Shown piece after piece: positions 12,421 to 24,555 of a stretch of DNA of 64,000 nucleotides (its first letter is position 1; each line of letters begins with the position of its first letter). The notes beneath the pieces were generated by a model that made no database searches, was not told where the DNA came from, and saw nothing but the letters and a program-made list of their open reading frames with translations. The position numbers were made by a program, and so were the translations under genes. This DNA comes from Vitrella brassicaformis CCMP3155 (Eukaryota > Protista > Chromerida): positions 65,474 to 129,473 of the forward strand of contig CDMY01000301.1 in NCBI GenBank assembly GCA_001179505.1. Direction: 5' to 3'.

Positions 12421-14571
12421 TTAGCTAGGTCTATCGACGGGGGCGATGATGCCTCTTTGTGTGAAGATGGACATGAGTCGACTAAGCTTCTCTTCCGCGG
12501 CTCTCGTCAGTACAAATGCCTCCTCACTCTCCATGCCACCTGACGTGACACAGACACAGACACAGACACAGACACGTATATGAATAATGAGACACACGTC
12601 TACCCATGTGTTGTGCACTGAATGTCCGTGAGAGAGGTGACTGACCTTGCAGCGCCCAGTCAGAGATGCGTTGGGTCTGAGGGTCGACACGAATCATGTC
12701 CCAGTATGCCTGGGCGGGCCTCTCACAGGGGGCGTCGGGCCTGTCGTCGTCTCGGCCGGCCAGAATGGCACGTACTGCACCAAGTGACGCCTGTCTGCTG
12801 CACATTGCTGGCGGCGCGGCGCCCTGATCACTCGAAAAGAAAGGCCTGCACGACACGATAGATATGAACACGATCGATGGACGCACAGATTGACGCATCC
12901 GATGGCCGGACGGCGCCGGCCGACCTGTGTTCTCTCTTCCACAGATGGCTGACGACCGACTGCAGCAAATCCGTAGGATGGAAGTACATTCACTGACTAC
13001 ACTGGTGGATCGTCTATTCACCTGCCTGTCTGTATGTGCGTCCGCTCGTTCCATCCGTACGTACCTTTGTTGGGCAGTAGAAGTCCCATCCGTGCCGGAA
13101 GAGCAGAAGCGTCATGACCTACAAGAAGGTGGGCACCCCACCACGAATGCGGTGCCTGCACTGCACAAGAAGCCCCGCTTCTGCACCGCTGGCACTGACC
13201 TGTTCCTCGCCGAAGAAGATGTCCGGCAGGGGGACGTAGGGCACCTCACGCAACACGTCCGAACGACCGAACCAAAACCCTTCACAACACCAACACCACA
13301 GAGAGAGAGAGAGAGAGAATAGAGAGAGAGAGACCTCACAGCATTACCTCGCGGCATTTCCCGTGTGGTGGCTGACCTGCTGCCCAGAAGAGCGAGGGGC
13401 AAGGGGAAGGCAGATGTGAAGTCAGCATCCGACTGCAATGCGCATCAACATGCCTCACGCATGGCAAGGGAGCTGTCTCTCTGCATCAGACAGGCATCCC
13501 ACCCACCCACCCACCCTTTGGTGCGGAGCAGGCCGTTCTCATCAAAGTGCGAGGCGCACAGCAGCACGGGACGAGTCTCATCACTGACATAATCCCAGCC
13601 GACCCCATGTGGATAGGCGGGCGGGTAACTCGTCAAGATTGGCTTGGACGAGGGACACCGGCCAAGGTCCTACACACCATACACACAGATCATCCAACTA
13701 ACACCCACTCAATGAATGAATGCATCTCATCTAGCCCAGTCACTTAACCCGCCTGTGTCGTTAGTTATTGATTGATTCACTGACCCACCTCACCTCCAGC
13801 AGGAGGGTGTCCCATTTTGGACGAAACCTGAGGGAGTGAGAACCAGGACAGACCCCCACACAGTGTCTGTATGCAGACAGACGTCCTGGCGTCGTGGCTG
13901 CCTGTCTTCCTTCCTACGTGCGTACCTCATGTGGCTGTCTATCGCCAGAAGGTACGGCTCGCCCTCCCACAGGAGCTGCGCCAAGTGTCGCGCCCATGCC
14001 GGACCCCTCGCAGCCCCCTTGTCCAGCACCAGCACCTTCAGATACCCGCACTCAAAGCGGAAAAGGGGATGAGGTGCACGAGCACGTGGGCGGCAGGCTG
14101 CAGGCCCATGCTGAGGGTCATCTTGCACTGTCGATGACCCACCAGAAGCTCTGTCGTCCTGACGTCCTGGCCCAGCCGTGCGGTGGCTTGGCCTATGAGA
14201 TCCTAGCCACTTGGCCCTGAGTGCAGGATTGAAGGTAAAGGATGTGATAAGATCGTCAGCCGCAGTCTTGTCTTTGTTTCGCAAGTCGCCTGCACGCGGA
14301 CGAAGGGAGGGAGAGGCGGCATGATATGATACGAGTGAGTGCACCTTGCCAGACGCATCCAAAGGAGATCTCGCGCGGGGCATCTGCTTGGTGGATGGCA
14401 GACTGAAAGAAACGCCACACACATACACATCACACAACCAACGAGAGGGAGCATCTGTGAGAGGAGGCAGGATCTTCCCACACGATTCATGCACACCTGT
14501 ATTGTCAAGGGAAGCTCGTCGTCGCGGTAAGACGGGATGAGTACGAGGATCTTGCGCATCGCGCTCGGCAT
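12421..14571 (-). CDS. GNT1: [Skp1]-hydroxyproline N-acetylglucosaminyltransferase (Gnt1-like, GT60 family)
   Basis: ILVLIPSYRDDE, GPAWARHLAQ, LAIDSHMRF (DxH), ILTSYP, SLFWAA|GFWF, EVPY..FFGEE, HGWDFYCP. No N-terminal signal anchor, as expected for the cytosolic Skp1-modifying type. Confidence 0.8.
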
Positions 14572-14582
14572 CTTTGCTTTCG

Positions 14583-14590
14583 AGCTCGCA
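14583..14590 (+). promoter_or_regulatory. AGCTCGCA motif in the Gnt1/F-box spacer
   Basis: Exact motif within the 52-bp spacer. Confidence 0.55.
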
Positions 14591-14623
14591 TTTCAGGCGA
14601 TCGGTGGGAAAGGTGGCAGGCCC

Positions 14624-15976
14624 ATGTCGCTTGACGAGACCCCCGAGCATGTGACTCTAGAGCGCGTCTTCACCTTCTTTGAGCCCTTGGATCTGTGCGT
14701 TTTGGCAAGCGTATCCAGGGCTCTGCGCGGCCTCTCGTAAGCGTGCCCCCTCCCCCCCCAATGCGCTGCACAGCCGTACACTGCCTGTCGTGTGCCCCTT
14801 GATTTGCAGAGAGCGGGACTCTCTTTGGAGCGTCTTATGCACCTCTCTGTGGCAGGGCAAGGCCTTTGTGGCGGAGAGGTTCCGGCAGACCCCGAGCAAG
14901 GCCAGCTACCGCGGATCACTGGCCGACAAACATCGTGACACCATTACGCGTGGCGAGCTGTGCTCACTGACGTGGCACTTCCGCTTCAAGCGAGATGCGG
15001 GCGAGGAGTGGACAGATGCCGATCCGTATTGGAAGAGGGGCTCGCCCATGCAATGGAGCTTCCGGACAGACGGAAAGATGGAGCGGGCGGACGACCATCC
15101 CGAACTCAGAGCGAATGAATCGGTTCGTGGAGGGCCGGCCTGCGTCGGCCGACAGCAAAGGAGTGGGCTCGGTGCACTGCACAGCCCTCTGTCTGTCTGT
15201 GCCTGGTATATTTTGTGCAGGAGGTGCGGCGTTGGAAGTTCACGAGGGTATCATGCGGTGCTCGTGGCCCCAAAGGGCGCTTTGTCAAGGTCGGCCGTTT
15301 CCCAGGTATGTGTGTCATCCATCACACAGAAACAGACACAGACACAGACACAAACACATGGGCGCACGCAGGATCCGCCTCTACACCAGGCCAGTGGACG
15401 AGTTGTGCGTGGCTCTGTGTTTCTGTGAAAACGGTGATTCAGCGTATGTCGTGTCGCGTACCGCCAACTGGGGGTGGCTGATGGAGAGCTGCTGGGTGGT
15501 GCTCTACAGCTTCCCCATTTCCCCCTACAGCCAACTGCCAAACGAGTACCGAGACGAGGGCCTGAAGGTCGATACGGACCTCCAGTGGGCAGTAAGCACG
15601 ACGGCAGAGCACAAGCCTGCCTCAGAGGATCCGATCACACACACACTCCCCACATCCGGTCCATCTCTCGTGTTGTTCTGCAGGAGGCGTTCCTTTACAA
15701 CAATGCACTGAATGTGCCCCTGCGTTACCTCCTGCAGGACGGAGCCGACTCAGAATACGAGCCAGAGACAGGTCAGCGGGTCGGTGGGTGGGTGAAAACA
15801 GGCAGGCAGGCAGGCAGGCAGTTAGTTTTGGTTCATGAGCGAGATCCCTGCGTTGAGTGTATCCATTGGTGTGTGGTGTGTGCATGGCAGAGGGTCGATC
15901 GGCCAAGCGGCGGGGCGGGGCCAGGACAAGGGACAGCAAGCGGCGAAAGAAGAGCAGTCCGAAGGCCAATGGCTAG
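14624..15976 (+). CDS. F-box domain protein with basic C-terminal tail
   Basis: N-terminal F-box-like PEHVTLERVFTFFEPLDLCVLASVSRALRGLS|ERDSLWSVLC; multi-exon; ends AKRRGRARTRDSKRRKKSSPKANG* (NLS-like). An in-frame upstream ATG at 14537 is possible. Confidence 0.7.
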
Positions 15977-16430
15977 CAAGTCCGTCCGTCCGTCTGTCGA
16001 GACGGACAGGCACAGCACGGCGTGGGCTGATTTTTGAGCCTGTGCAGTGCATGTACGTACGGTACATGCAAGAAAATGTTAGTTGAGTCCAGCGAGTCGA
16101 CGGCATCCATGTTACGCGTATAGGGACATTTGGCATGACGAACACTTATGCATCGATCAATTTCCTCATACCAAATGGACGGACATCGCTGTGTTGATAT
16201 TAGGTTTAAGTGAATCAGCGGTGTTTGACTGATTGATTGGCCGTTCGTAGATCCATGAACGAATACCGTCTGTCCATCCATCCATCCATCCACTCATCCG
16301 TCCGTCCAGCCCACATGTCTGTCACGCCACGCGAGCCACTCATGCACAATACACTGTACAGCTCTGCCCGCAATGAACCGTCCACCCACCCGGTCACGCA
16401 ACGTGTCCTTGGATTAGCCAGTCAGCTGAG

Positions 16431-18797
16431 CTAGGTCTCTTCCTCGCCATCAGTCAGCCCTCCACGCATGTCTATGTCTGACTCTTCCTTGTTGATGGCT
16501 ATGTCTAGCTGTGCACCCTGTCCCGCTGCTGCTGCTGCTGGTGGTGCCTGCTGTGTGTGTGCAGTCCTGCGCTTCTTGGCCACATGAGTGTCGGCGGGCC
16601 CAGAGCACACGTAGTCGATCGCTGTCATGCCCAGGTTGTCCTCTGGGTTCCAGAGGTCCCTGAGAGGGGCCTTCTCGGGGGCATGGTGCAGCATCTCATA
16701 CCGCAGCGCCTCGAAGAATCGCACCTGCACACACAGACACATATGCATACATACATGAGTGGGGGGTGGGGTGGGGTGGGTGGTTTGGTCGCTCAGCTCA
16801 CGACGGGCCTGACGAGGTCCCTCTCTTCCTGGTAGTTGCTGTGGGCCATCCGGTAGAGGATCTCGTTGGGCCCCTCGTGGTCCTTCAGGTGTTCCCTCAG
16901 CGCAGCACCAGACAACTCCCAAAACCTGCATGCCGCCACACCCACAGAAACAAACAAAGAAGAGGACGTCTAGTATGGTATGCGACGTCGGGATGGATGG
17001 GTGGATCGATTGACCGACGTGTGTTTCTTGGGCTGGGGTGGTCCGGTGCGGTGTGCAGTGCTATGGTCCCACCACTCACTCGATGCAGTGCGACAGGACA
17101 TGTTTGCCCAAGGCGGCCAGCCCATCTGCGGCGATGGCCGGCGTCACCAGCACCGGGTGGGTGTCCTTGCGCTTGTGCACCTTCACGCTGAACACCTACA
17201 ACCATCAGTTCAGTAGTTAACACACATCACGGCCATTCACTCATGGATCAGTCAGCCGGCACACATAATACAATACACAGACGTGCAGTGCATCTGTCCA
17301 TTGTTTGCTTACGGCGCTCTCCCCGCCGATGTGGACGGTGCTGACGATACGGTAGGAATCGCCCCTGCTGGGAGCCCCCTCAAACATGCTGCACACACAC
17401 ACACACACAAATACAATTACGTGTTTGTCCCTGGGTGAGTGAGTGAGTGGACAGCACTTACAACTTATCGTGTGTTTCGAACCAGACGTGACTGCTGCTG
17501 TTGCTGCTGTCGGTGGTGCCGGTGGTGCCGGTGGTGCCGGTGGTGGTGCTGGAGGACATCTGGGCAGGGTCGGGCGGCTTGGGGTAGTCCTTGGCTGCGT
17601 ACCGACTCGGCACCAACTCGCCGCTCGGCGCAACACGCCAAAACTGACAGACAAACAGAACGTCCAATAGGCGATATGCCCATGTGCGCCATGGAGTGTC
17701 TGCATGAGTGAGTGAGTGATTCAGTGAGTGAGGAAGACAACGCAACGCACCGCACCTCGGGTGGAGTCTTGGTGAAGCTATTGAGCAGCCGATACAGACG
17801 CTGAAACTTGAACTCTGAGTTAGGAGGAACGGCTGTGTCCTTGCCTGCATGCAGGCAGGACACACACACCCACACACAGGCCAGCATATGCAAGTGAGAT
17901 CATTCTTACACTTTCATCTTATCCCGTTTCCGGCATGCTGTGCTGTGAATATCGTGCTATGGTTACGTTTGATCTTCTGCGCCGTCCATTTGCGGTCTAT
18001 GTTGACCCAGAATTGGTCAGTGTCCTCGAACTGGTCACGGCCGAATGCACCGGGGTCCTTCTGAACGGCCACCGTCACCCCGCATGGCAAGGGCCAATCG
18101 TCCGGGAGAGCAGCGACGAACGCGGCGAAGCCACCGGTGGCTGATGACCTGATCCATACAGACACATGCAAAGCACAGACTCACTCAGCCCAAGCGCGTA
18201 TGTGGGTGGGCGTGGGCAGCTGGTGCGTGTGCGTGTACATCTCCTCAATGGGTGGTGCGAGCATGTGTAGCGACGAGTCCTCCACCGAGTCGAATGCACC
18301 TGTATATATGGATACAGACAGACGATTGGGAGGGATCAAGTCGAGTGCACCATCAATTGACAGCCTCTCCCCCTCTCTCTCTCCCTCCCTCCCTCCCTCC
18401 CTATCTCCCTGCTCTTGTCAAAGTTACCGTATTCTTCGATAGTCAGGTCATCCTGGCCCCATGTGCAGCGCACCGTGAAGCCCTTGCCCGCCTCGACGGT
18501 GACCTCCCGCACCATGTCGCGCATCTCGGTCGTCCCGTCGCGGCGCATGAAGAGGAAGGCAAACCGGATGGTGGTCGACGGGGTGAGGCAGAAGATGTGC
18601 GCCACGGTACAGCCGCCCCACGCTCCATCAGCACCCTCGGCGATGTGGAGGGGGATGGGTCTCTTCCCTCCCCCCAGATACGGGTGCTCGCCCACCACCG
18701 ACAAGATGGCGTGCTTGCGTGGGATCTGATAGACACAGCTGCGGGCATCAATCTCAAAGCAAACCACTGCAGGGGCGAGCGTGGACGGCGACGCCAT
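16431..18797 (-). CDS. Hypothetical multi-exon protein with possible N-terminal CBM20-like domain
   Basis: Exons join in frame where checked. VVCFEI..LSVVGEHPYLGGG..PIPL..W..IRFAFL loosely resembles CBM20 starch-binding domains; the remainder is unrecognised; Thr/Gly repeat at ~17511-17550. Confidence 0.55.
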
Positions 18798-20541
18798 GTG
18801 ATGGGCTCTGCGCGCCTGCACGCGTACAAGGGTAACAAAGACAGCGTGGGCAATGCATCACGACGCAGGAAGAAGGCTATTCTCGCAACGCACCTGCGTC
18901 AATTGCTGCTGCTCACATAGGCATCAATTAATTCATAGTCGCCTTACAGACCGCCGCTGCTTCCGCCCCGGCACATGGAGCGGCCTGTCTGTCCTTGTGC
19001 GGCTTCAAGTTGCGAGCCTAACTTCGATCCGGACTTCTCGTTCGTTGTTCTTGAGATCTGGCTCTCTGTGGCTCCCCCCGCCCTCAGCACGGCTGACGTG
19101 GCAGGTGAGGTAAAAGAAAGAAAGAAGAAGATCCATGGAACATGTTGCCAGATGGCGTGTCGCGTGGCGTCCATTGCGTCCCTCCCTCCCTCCCTCCCTC
19201 CGCTCGGCCATCAATCCATGCCGGCCAGGTAATGATGTCGAGTGGTGCTCTTCGAATCTGTTGAGCATGTGTCATCTGTTTTTCCTTCAGGGGAGGCCTC
19301 GGGTGATCTATCAACCATCATTTGTCGCTGCTGGTTCTGGCGTTGAATTGCAGCACACAAGAACGCTCACTTTGAGAGCCAAGCCCTCCCGTCGAATCAC
19401 AGCCGTTCTTGCCTGTGCGTGTGCGTATTCCTCTCTCACGGGGCGTCCGTCCGCTGAGGCGTCCATCAACAAGCAGGCAGCTGCCGCCCCACCCCCGCTC
19501 GACCGGCTGGGGTGGGCTGACCTCTGCAGGTCGACTCACCTTGGCTGGCCGAGGATGGCCGGCCTCTCACTCGACCGGTGCCTTTGAGTCGACTGGTGGA
19601 CTCCGCCTCTCAGCTGACGGACTGCGCCTCTCTGCTGACTGACTCGATCGCCGATGTCCCACAGTGCAGTGCCCTTCTTCTCTTCCCAGGTGGCTGCAGG
19701 CGACATGCGGTCATGGGAGCGTGGCGCAGCTGAGCGGTTCCGTCCCCTCGTTCAATCAATGCAGCGGTACGCATTTCCGTGGCCGACAAACTGAGGAGAG
19801 ATATGTGGGTGCAGTGCGGTGTGCGGTGCAGTGCACGTGGGGGCGGGTTGTGAGCAAGCCTAAGGCAAGTGGTCTGACTGCCTGCCTGCCTGCCGATGGA
19901 TGTATATATCCGTGACCTCGTGAAGTGGACGCATTGCATGGATGGCCTATGTTGTGTGTCGTGTGTGAATCGAATCCAGGTCGCTTTCTGTCCCTTCCAT
20001 CTATCCCTACGTCCGTTAATTTGCACGAGTCAGTCAATCACACCATTTCTGTCTGCCTTGTAGGTCTGTCCGTCCACTCCCCACCTCCCATGCCGCACCC
20101 CCCACACACAACCCCCCACACACGCCCCCCCTGCCAGCACTCGCTAGTTATCCCACTGCCCCTATCCTAAAGCTAACTCGGAGAGCGGCCAGAGAACTGA
20201 ACAGCAATGGGCTAGCTAACTAGGCTGTCAGAGGTGGTGTGATGTGTGGGCGTGAAGGGAGTGCAACAGAGAAACCAAAAATATCACCACATCCATCCAC
20301 TCATCCACTCTCATGGACACTGTACAGCTCCACATATGAAGGAGGACACCCCCACAACACAGACAGACAAACAGATCACCCATCCATCCACCATCCATCC
20401 ACACGTGGTCTACCCCGGCCGTCCGTCCACCCCTGTCTGCCCCTTCCCATAAGCTAGCTCACTTACAAAGCGGCCAGAGGTCAACAGCAGCAGTAGACAG
20501 ACTACCTAGGAGGCGCGACACACGTGGGATGGATGAATTAA

Positions 20542-21312
20542 TTACATGAAGAGGGCGCTGACGCCCTCGACCGCCTCCCTGCCGGCGTGGGCGATGTTGA
20601 TGGCGGCCAGCCAGAGGTTGTTGGCGAGGCCGCGCGCCGACAGGGGGCAGTAGTCCTCCTCCACCCTCACCGCCCACACATGCCCCGCCCTCTTCTCCCA
20701 CTTGGCCAGCCGCCCGCCAAACAGCTGGGGGTCGACGTACCAGCCGTCCGGCCCCTCCCGCACGTCGCCGACGAACGTGCTGAAGGGGGCCTTCTTGCCG
20801 GCACACCAACCACCCTTGGCGGGGGCTGTGTGGGCCCTCTCCCTCTCCATCTCCCTCGCAGCCTTGGCCTTCTCCAGCCGGGCCTTGTCCACCTCCATAC
20901 GGCGGGCCATGGCCGTCATGATGGCGAGGTCCTCCTCGCAGTCGGCCTTGATGGCCGCCAGGTATGCGGCGTCCTGGCGGCGGCGCTTCTCGGCCTCTAT
21001 GAACGCCTGCAGCCAACGCACCACATAACACCAGGACAATGACACCCGTTGTGAGGTGGCCTCTCCTCAGTCACCTCCTTCTCACCTTGTTGGCGGCGTC
21101 AATCGCGGCCATGTCCTCAGCCGTGTAGCCCATATCGGCGGGCTGCACAGAGAGAAGCCTTGCTTGCATGCGTGAATGCATTTGTGCCAGCACATCAGGT
21201 GCATCCCAGCATCAACACGAGTGAGCACATCCCATCCACCACACGAGCCAGCCCATCGCATCAGCGCCCCACCAAGTCCTCAAGTACTTACCGTGGGCAG
21301 GTGGACGGGCAT
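20542..21312 (-). CDS. Hypothetical protein (3 exons, helical N-half)
   Basis: MPVHLPT|PADMGYTAEDMAAIDAANK|AFIEAEKRRRQDAAYLAAIKADC...SALFM* with canonical junctions. Confidence 0.6.
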
Positions 21313-21412
21313 TGCAGCGGCCCTGTCGCTCACACGGGCCTCTTGGCCTTTCTGCTGCTGCTGCTGCTGACGACGCTGAGTGTGGTGTTTGCAGCAGAAA
21401 CTCTGAAATTTG

Positions 21413-21420
21413 AGCTCGCA
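21413..21420 (+). promoter_or_regulatory. AGCTCGCA motif in the hypothetical/metaxin-copy spacer
   Basis: Exact motif, 36 bp before ATG 21456. Confidence 0.55.
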
Positions 21421-21455
21421 AACGACAAGCAGGAACAAAGACTCCGAAGGAGTTC

Positions 21456-22469
21456 ATGTCATCGGCCGCCGCGGCATCGCCGGCCCTCATCATATGTCAT
21501 TTTCGTTCGATAGGTGGTCGAGAGGGCGCGTTCCCGGTGTGCCCTCTGGTGCTGGAGCTGCAGCTGCTGTGCCACGGGAGAGATGACGTCCAGTTCAAAC
21601 CAATGCCGTTCATGGAGGCTGGTGTGTGCAGTGCAGAGCCTCGCACCAGAGAGGCAGACAAGTGAATGCTGTGAGCACTGTGCCTTGAAGCTTCTGACTG
21701 TGCTGCTTGTCTGATCTGATCAGGCGGCCATGCATTGCCCTTCGGCATCAGTCGGCAGGCCGTCATCTCGGCCTCGTCACTTTACGGTCAGCCGGGGACA
21801 TTCACTCATTGTCAGACACAAACGGATGCCTGGGCCCGGCCCGGGTGTGTGTATGTGTGTGCAGAGCATGTGCAGGAGATGATGTCCGCCAGTCCGTCAG
21901 CCAAGAAGGATGGCGGCCTCGCCATCGAGGAGAGCGGTGACGTGGCCTTCTCGGTCATGGTGGACGAGATAGACCGCGTCATCCACCACCTCATATGGGC
22001 CGACGCCGACTTGTTCTCGTCCTTCACGGCCCCCCTGCTGCTCAAGTCCATCCCCTGGCCCCTCTCGTGGTGGTCGGTGGCCCACGCACGGCTGGCGGCG
22101 TCGGTGCAGGGTGGGGGAGCGGTGGTGGCCGACGAGCTGCACGACATCCTCATCGCTCTCGAGAGGCGGCTGAGGGCGCCTGTGGGGCGGCAGCTTGAGG
22201 CGAGGGTCTTCTCACGGCTGGCCATCCTGTTCTCGCTGCCTTTCCCCTCGTCGAGCCCCGTGCCGGCGGTGTTGCGGTCCAAGCACGGCCTGGTGCAGTT
22301 CTGCGACTCGGTGCTCAAGAGGCAGCCGGCCCTGTGGCCCAACAGGGCCACTTTCCTGCGGGGCGCAATGCCCCCGCGGGAGGGCAGGAAGGCCAAGGAG
22401 GGGCAAGAGGGCGGCGGTAGAACGTGCCGTCCACTATCGAAAGATACATTGTCACAGGGGATGTGTTAG
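21456..22469 (+). CDS. Metaxin-like protein, 3'-truncated paralog lacking the C-terminal TM
   Basis: Near-identical to 61127-62085 including introns. Metaxin-like segments IHHLIWADADLFSSFTAPLLLKSIPWPLSWW and LEARVFSRLAILF..LVQFCDSV. It diverges after ~22418 into an unrelated short tail. Confidence 0.7.
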
Positions 22470-24555
22470 AGTGACTGAATGAGGTCCTAGCTGCTCTTAG
22501 TGGGATGGGAGCGCGTGTGTGCGCACACTGGGTATGTCATGTGTCCCTTCGCCTCTGTCAGTTGAGAGAGGTGACAACGGCTGGTTGACAATGCTTCTCA
22601 CTGGCTGAACAGGCTGTACTGATTGTGTCTGCATGCATAGGTGTGTGTGGGCTGATGTGTGAGTGACGACTCGTCATATTAACGTGTGCTCCATGTGTAC
22701 CCATCATCAATGCATGTAATGCGATTCGGTTCCCACGTATGTTCGCTGATCCACACGCGCACGCACGAACTCACCCACCCACCTCGGTTCACCTACCGTG
22801 TCGCCTTTCCATTATTGCACGCGTGCCTTCTTGCTTTGCACACGAACACCCACTCTTGCAGCCAAACGCGGACGTGTCAAACGGCAGCCAGCCAGGCGAG
22901 AAAACGGATAATGCGCGTCTGTCTGTCTGTCTGTCTGTATCCCCCACCGAGCCAGTCCAATCATACCCCTCCCACCAACCAACCCACACACACGCAGCCC
23001 ATGACATGAACACGATGGCCTTTCTGTCTTATGTCTGACGGCTGGTGTGTGTGAGTCAGTGTGGGTGTGACCCATGTGTGAAAGAAGCGGGCATTCCTGA
23101 GAGGGAATGCCAACCCTGATTCACCTGACTGCCCACAGACGCCCCTCCTCTGCCCGCCCGAGAACTACTCATCGTCAGTCCACGCAACGCAGTAAGACAA
23201 ATACCCAGGTCGAAGGGCAATGAGACGACGGTCAATCCACGAGCCATCTTGCGTCTCTCTCGTCTGTTGAGGTGTCGTCTCTTCGGACACCTCAACAGAC
23301 ACCACCCACCAGAAGGAAGGTGGGCAGCGGTTCCTAACGGATGCCAAAACCTGCCCGCAGTCACAACACACAGGGAGGGAGGGATAGACGAGCAAGACAA
23401 GGAAGGAGACCGAGGGCAATTCGAGCGAGAACCATTATATAGGTGGGTGTGGTGTGGTGTTATGTGTGAGCTGAGGGTGTTATGTGTGTGCTCTGGGGTG
23501 GGGTTGGAGCTTTGGCAGTGCCGGGGCATTTGTCCCGACACTCGCAAAGCCAGCCGACTCCCCCTCCCCTACCACACGCTTCCTACCAAACACTCAGGCA
23601 CGTCTCCTCCCTCCCTCCCTCCCTCCCTCACACACACACACACACATGCAAACAAATAGGATCTCAGTCAGTCAGTCAGTGCGTACGGTATGCAGGTGTC
23701 AGGTTAGCGAGCAAGCAGGCAGGCTGCCATCCATCCATCCATCCGTCCGATCAACCGCACACACACGCCACCACATCGGCAGGCAGGCAGGTAGCTGGAT
23801 AGGTACACATACGCGATCAGACGGCATTGGCAACACCGTCAACTCAACCATTGCACGCACCATGACACCAATAGTCAGTCAGTCAGTCAGTCGATGAGTC
23901 CTTCACTGCCGCCCCATCAGCAGTTTGTCGGCGAGAAGGTAGGCAGGGTGATGGATGGCAGGACATGCCCGCATCGGCTCAGGCAATCAGTCGATTCGAT
24001 GATTCGCGGGACACATTCTCTCTCAAACACACACACACATACCAAGGTGTACAGGGCCAAGACAAAGGGAGGGATATTCGAGGGTGCTATATGACAGTGT
24101 GTGTTGCTGCGCATGCGCGATGGTGCGTGCCGGGCTTGGGCTGTGGGAGGTCAGGCATCTCCCGACCTTCGCAAAACCAGCGTACTCCCAACACAACCAA
24201 ACACACACACCACACACACACAAGCGTCTCACTCAAACCTTTCCTTATTTCCTCCCTCTCGCCCATCCCTCCCTCCCTCCCTCCTTCTCAGACGCCCCAC
24301 ACACAACATGCAAACAAATAGGATCCGACAGCAATAATGGGTGCGTGCATTGCGGTCAACAGTCAGTCAGTACGTAGGCCATGCATGCGCAATATGCATG
24401 AATCAAATTACCTCACCAATCGAGCTGTGGCAGGCAGGTACAACCAAGCAGGCAGAGCAGGCAGGCGACCACTCATCCAATCACTCACTCACTCACCCAT
24501 CCATCCATCCAGCCATCCAACCACATGTGTACACCAAGACGACAGACAAGAACGA

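Noticed and set aside
19599-19640. 21-bp imperfect direct repeat and nearby GTCGACTCA...TGAGTCGAC inverted pair
   Set aside because: Too short and isolated to distinguish from chance in repeat-rich intergenic DNA.
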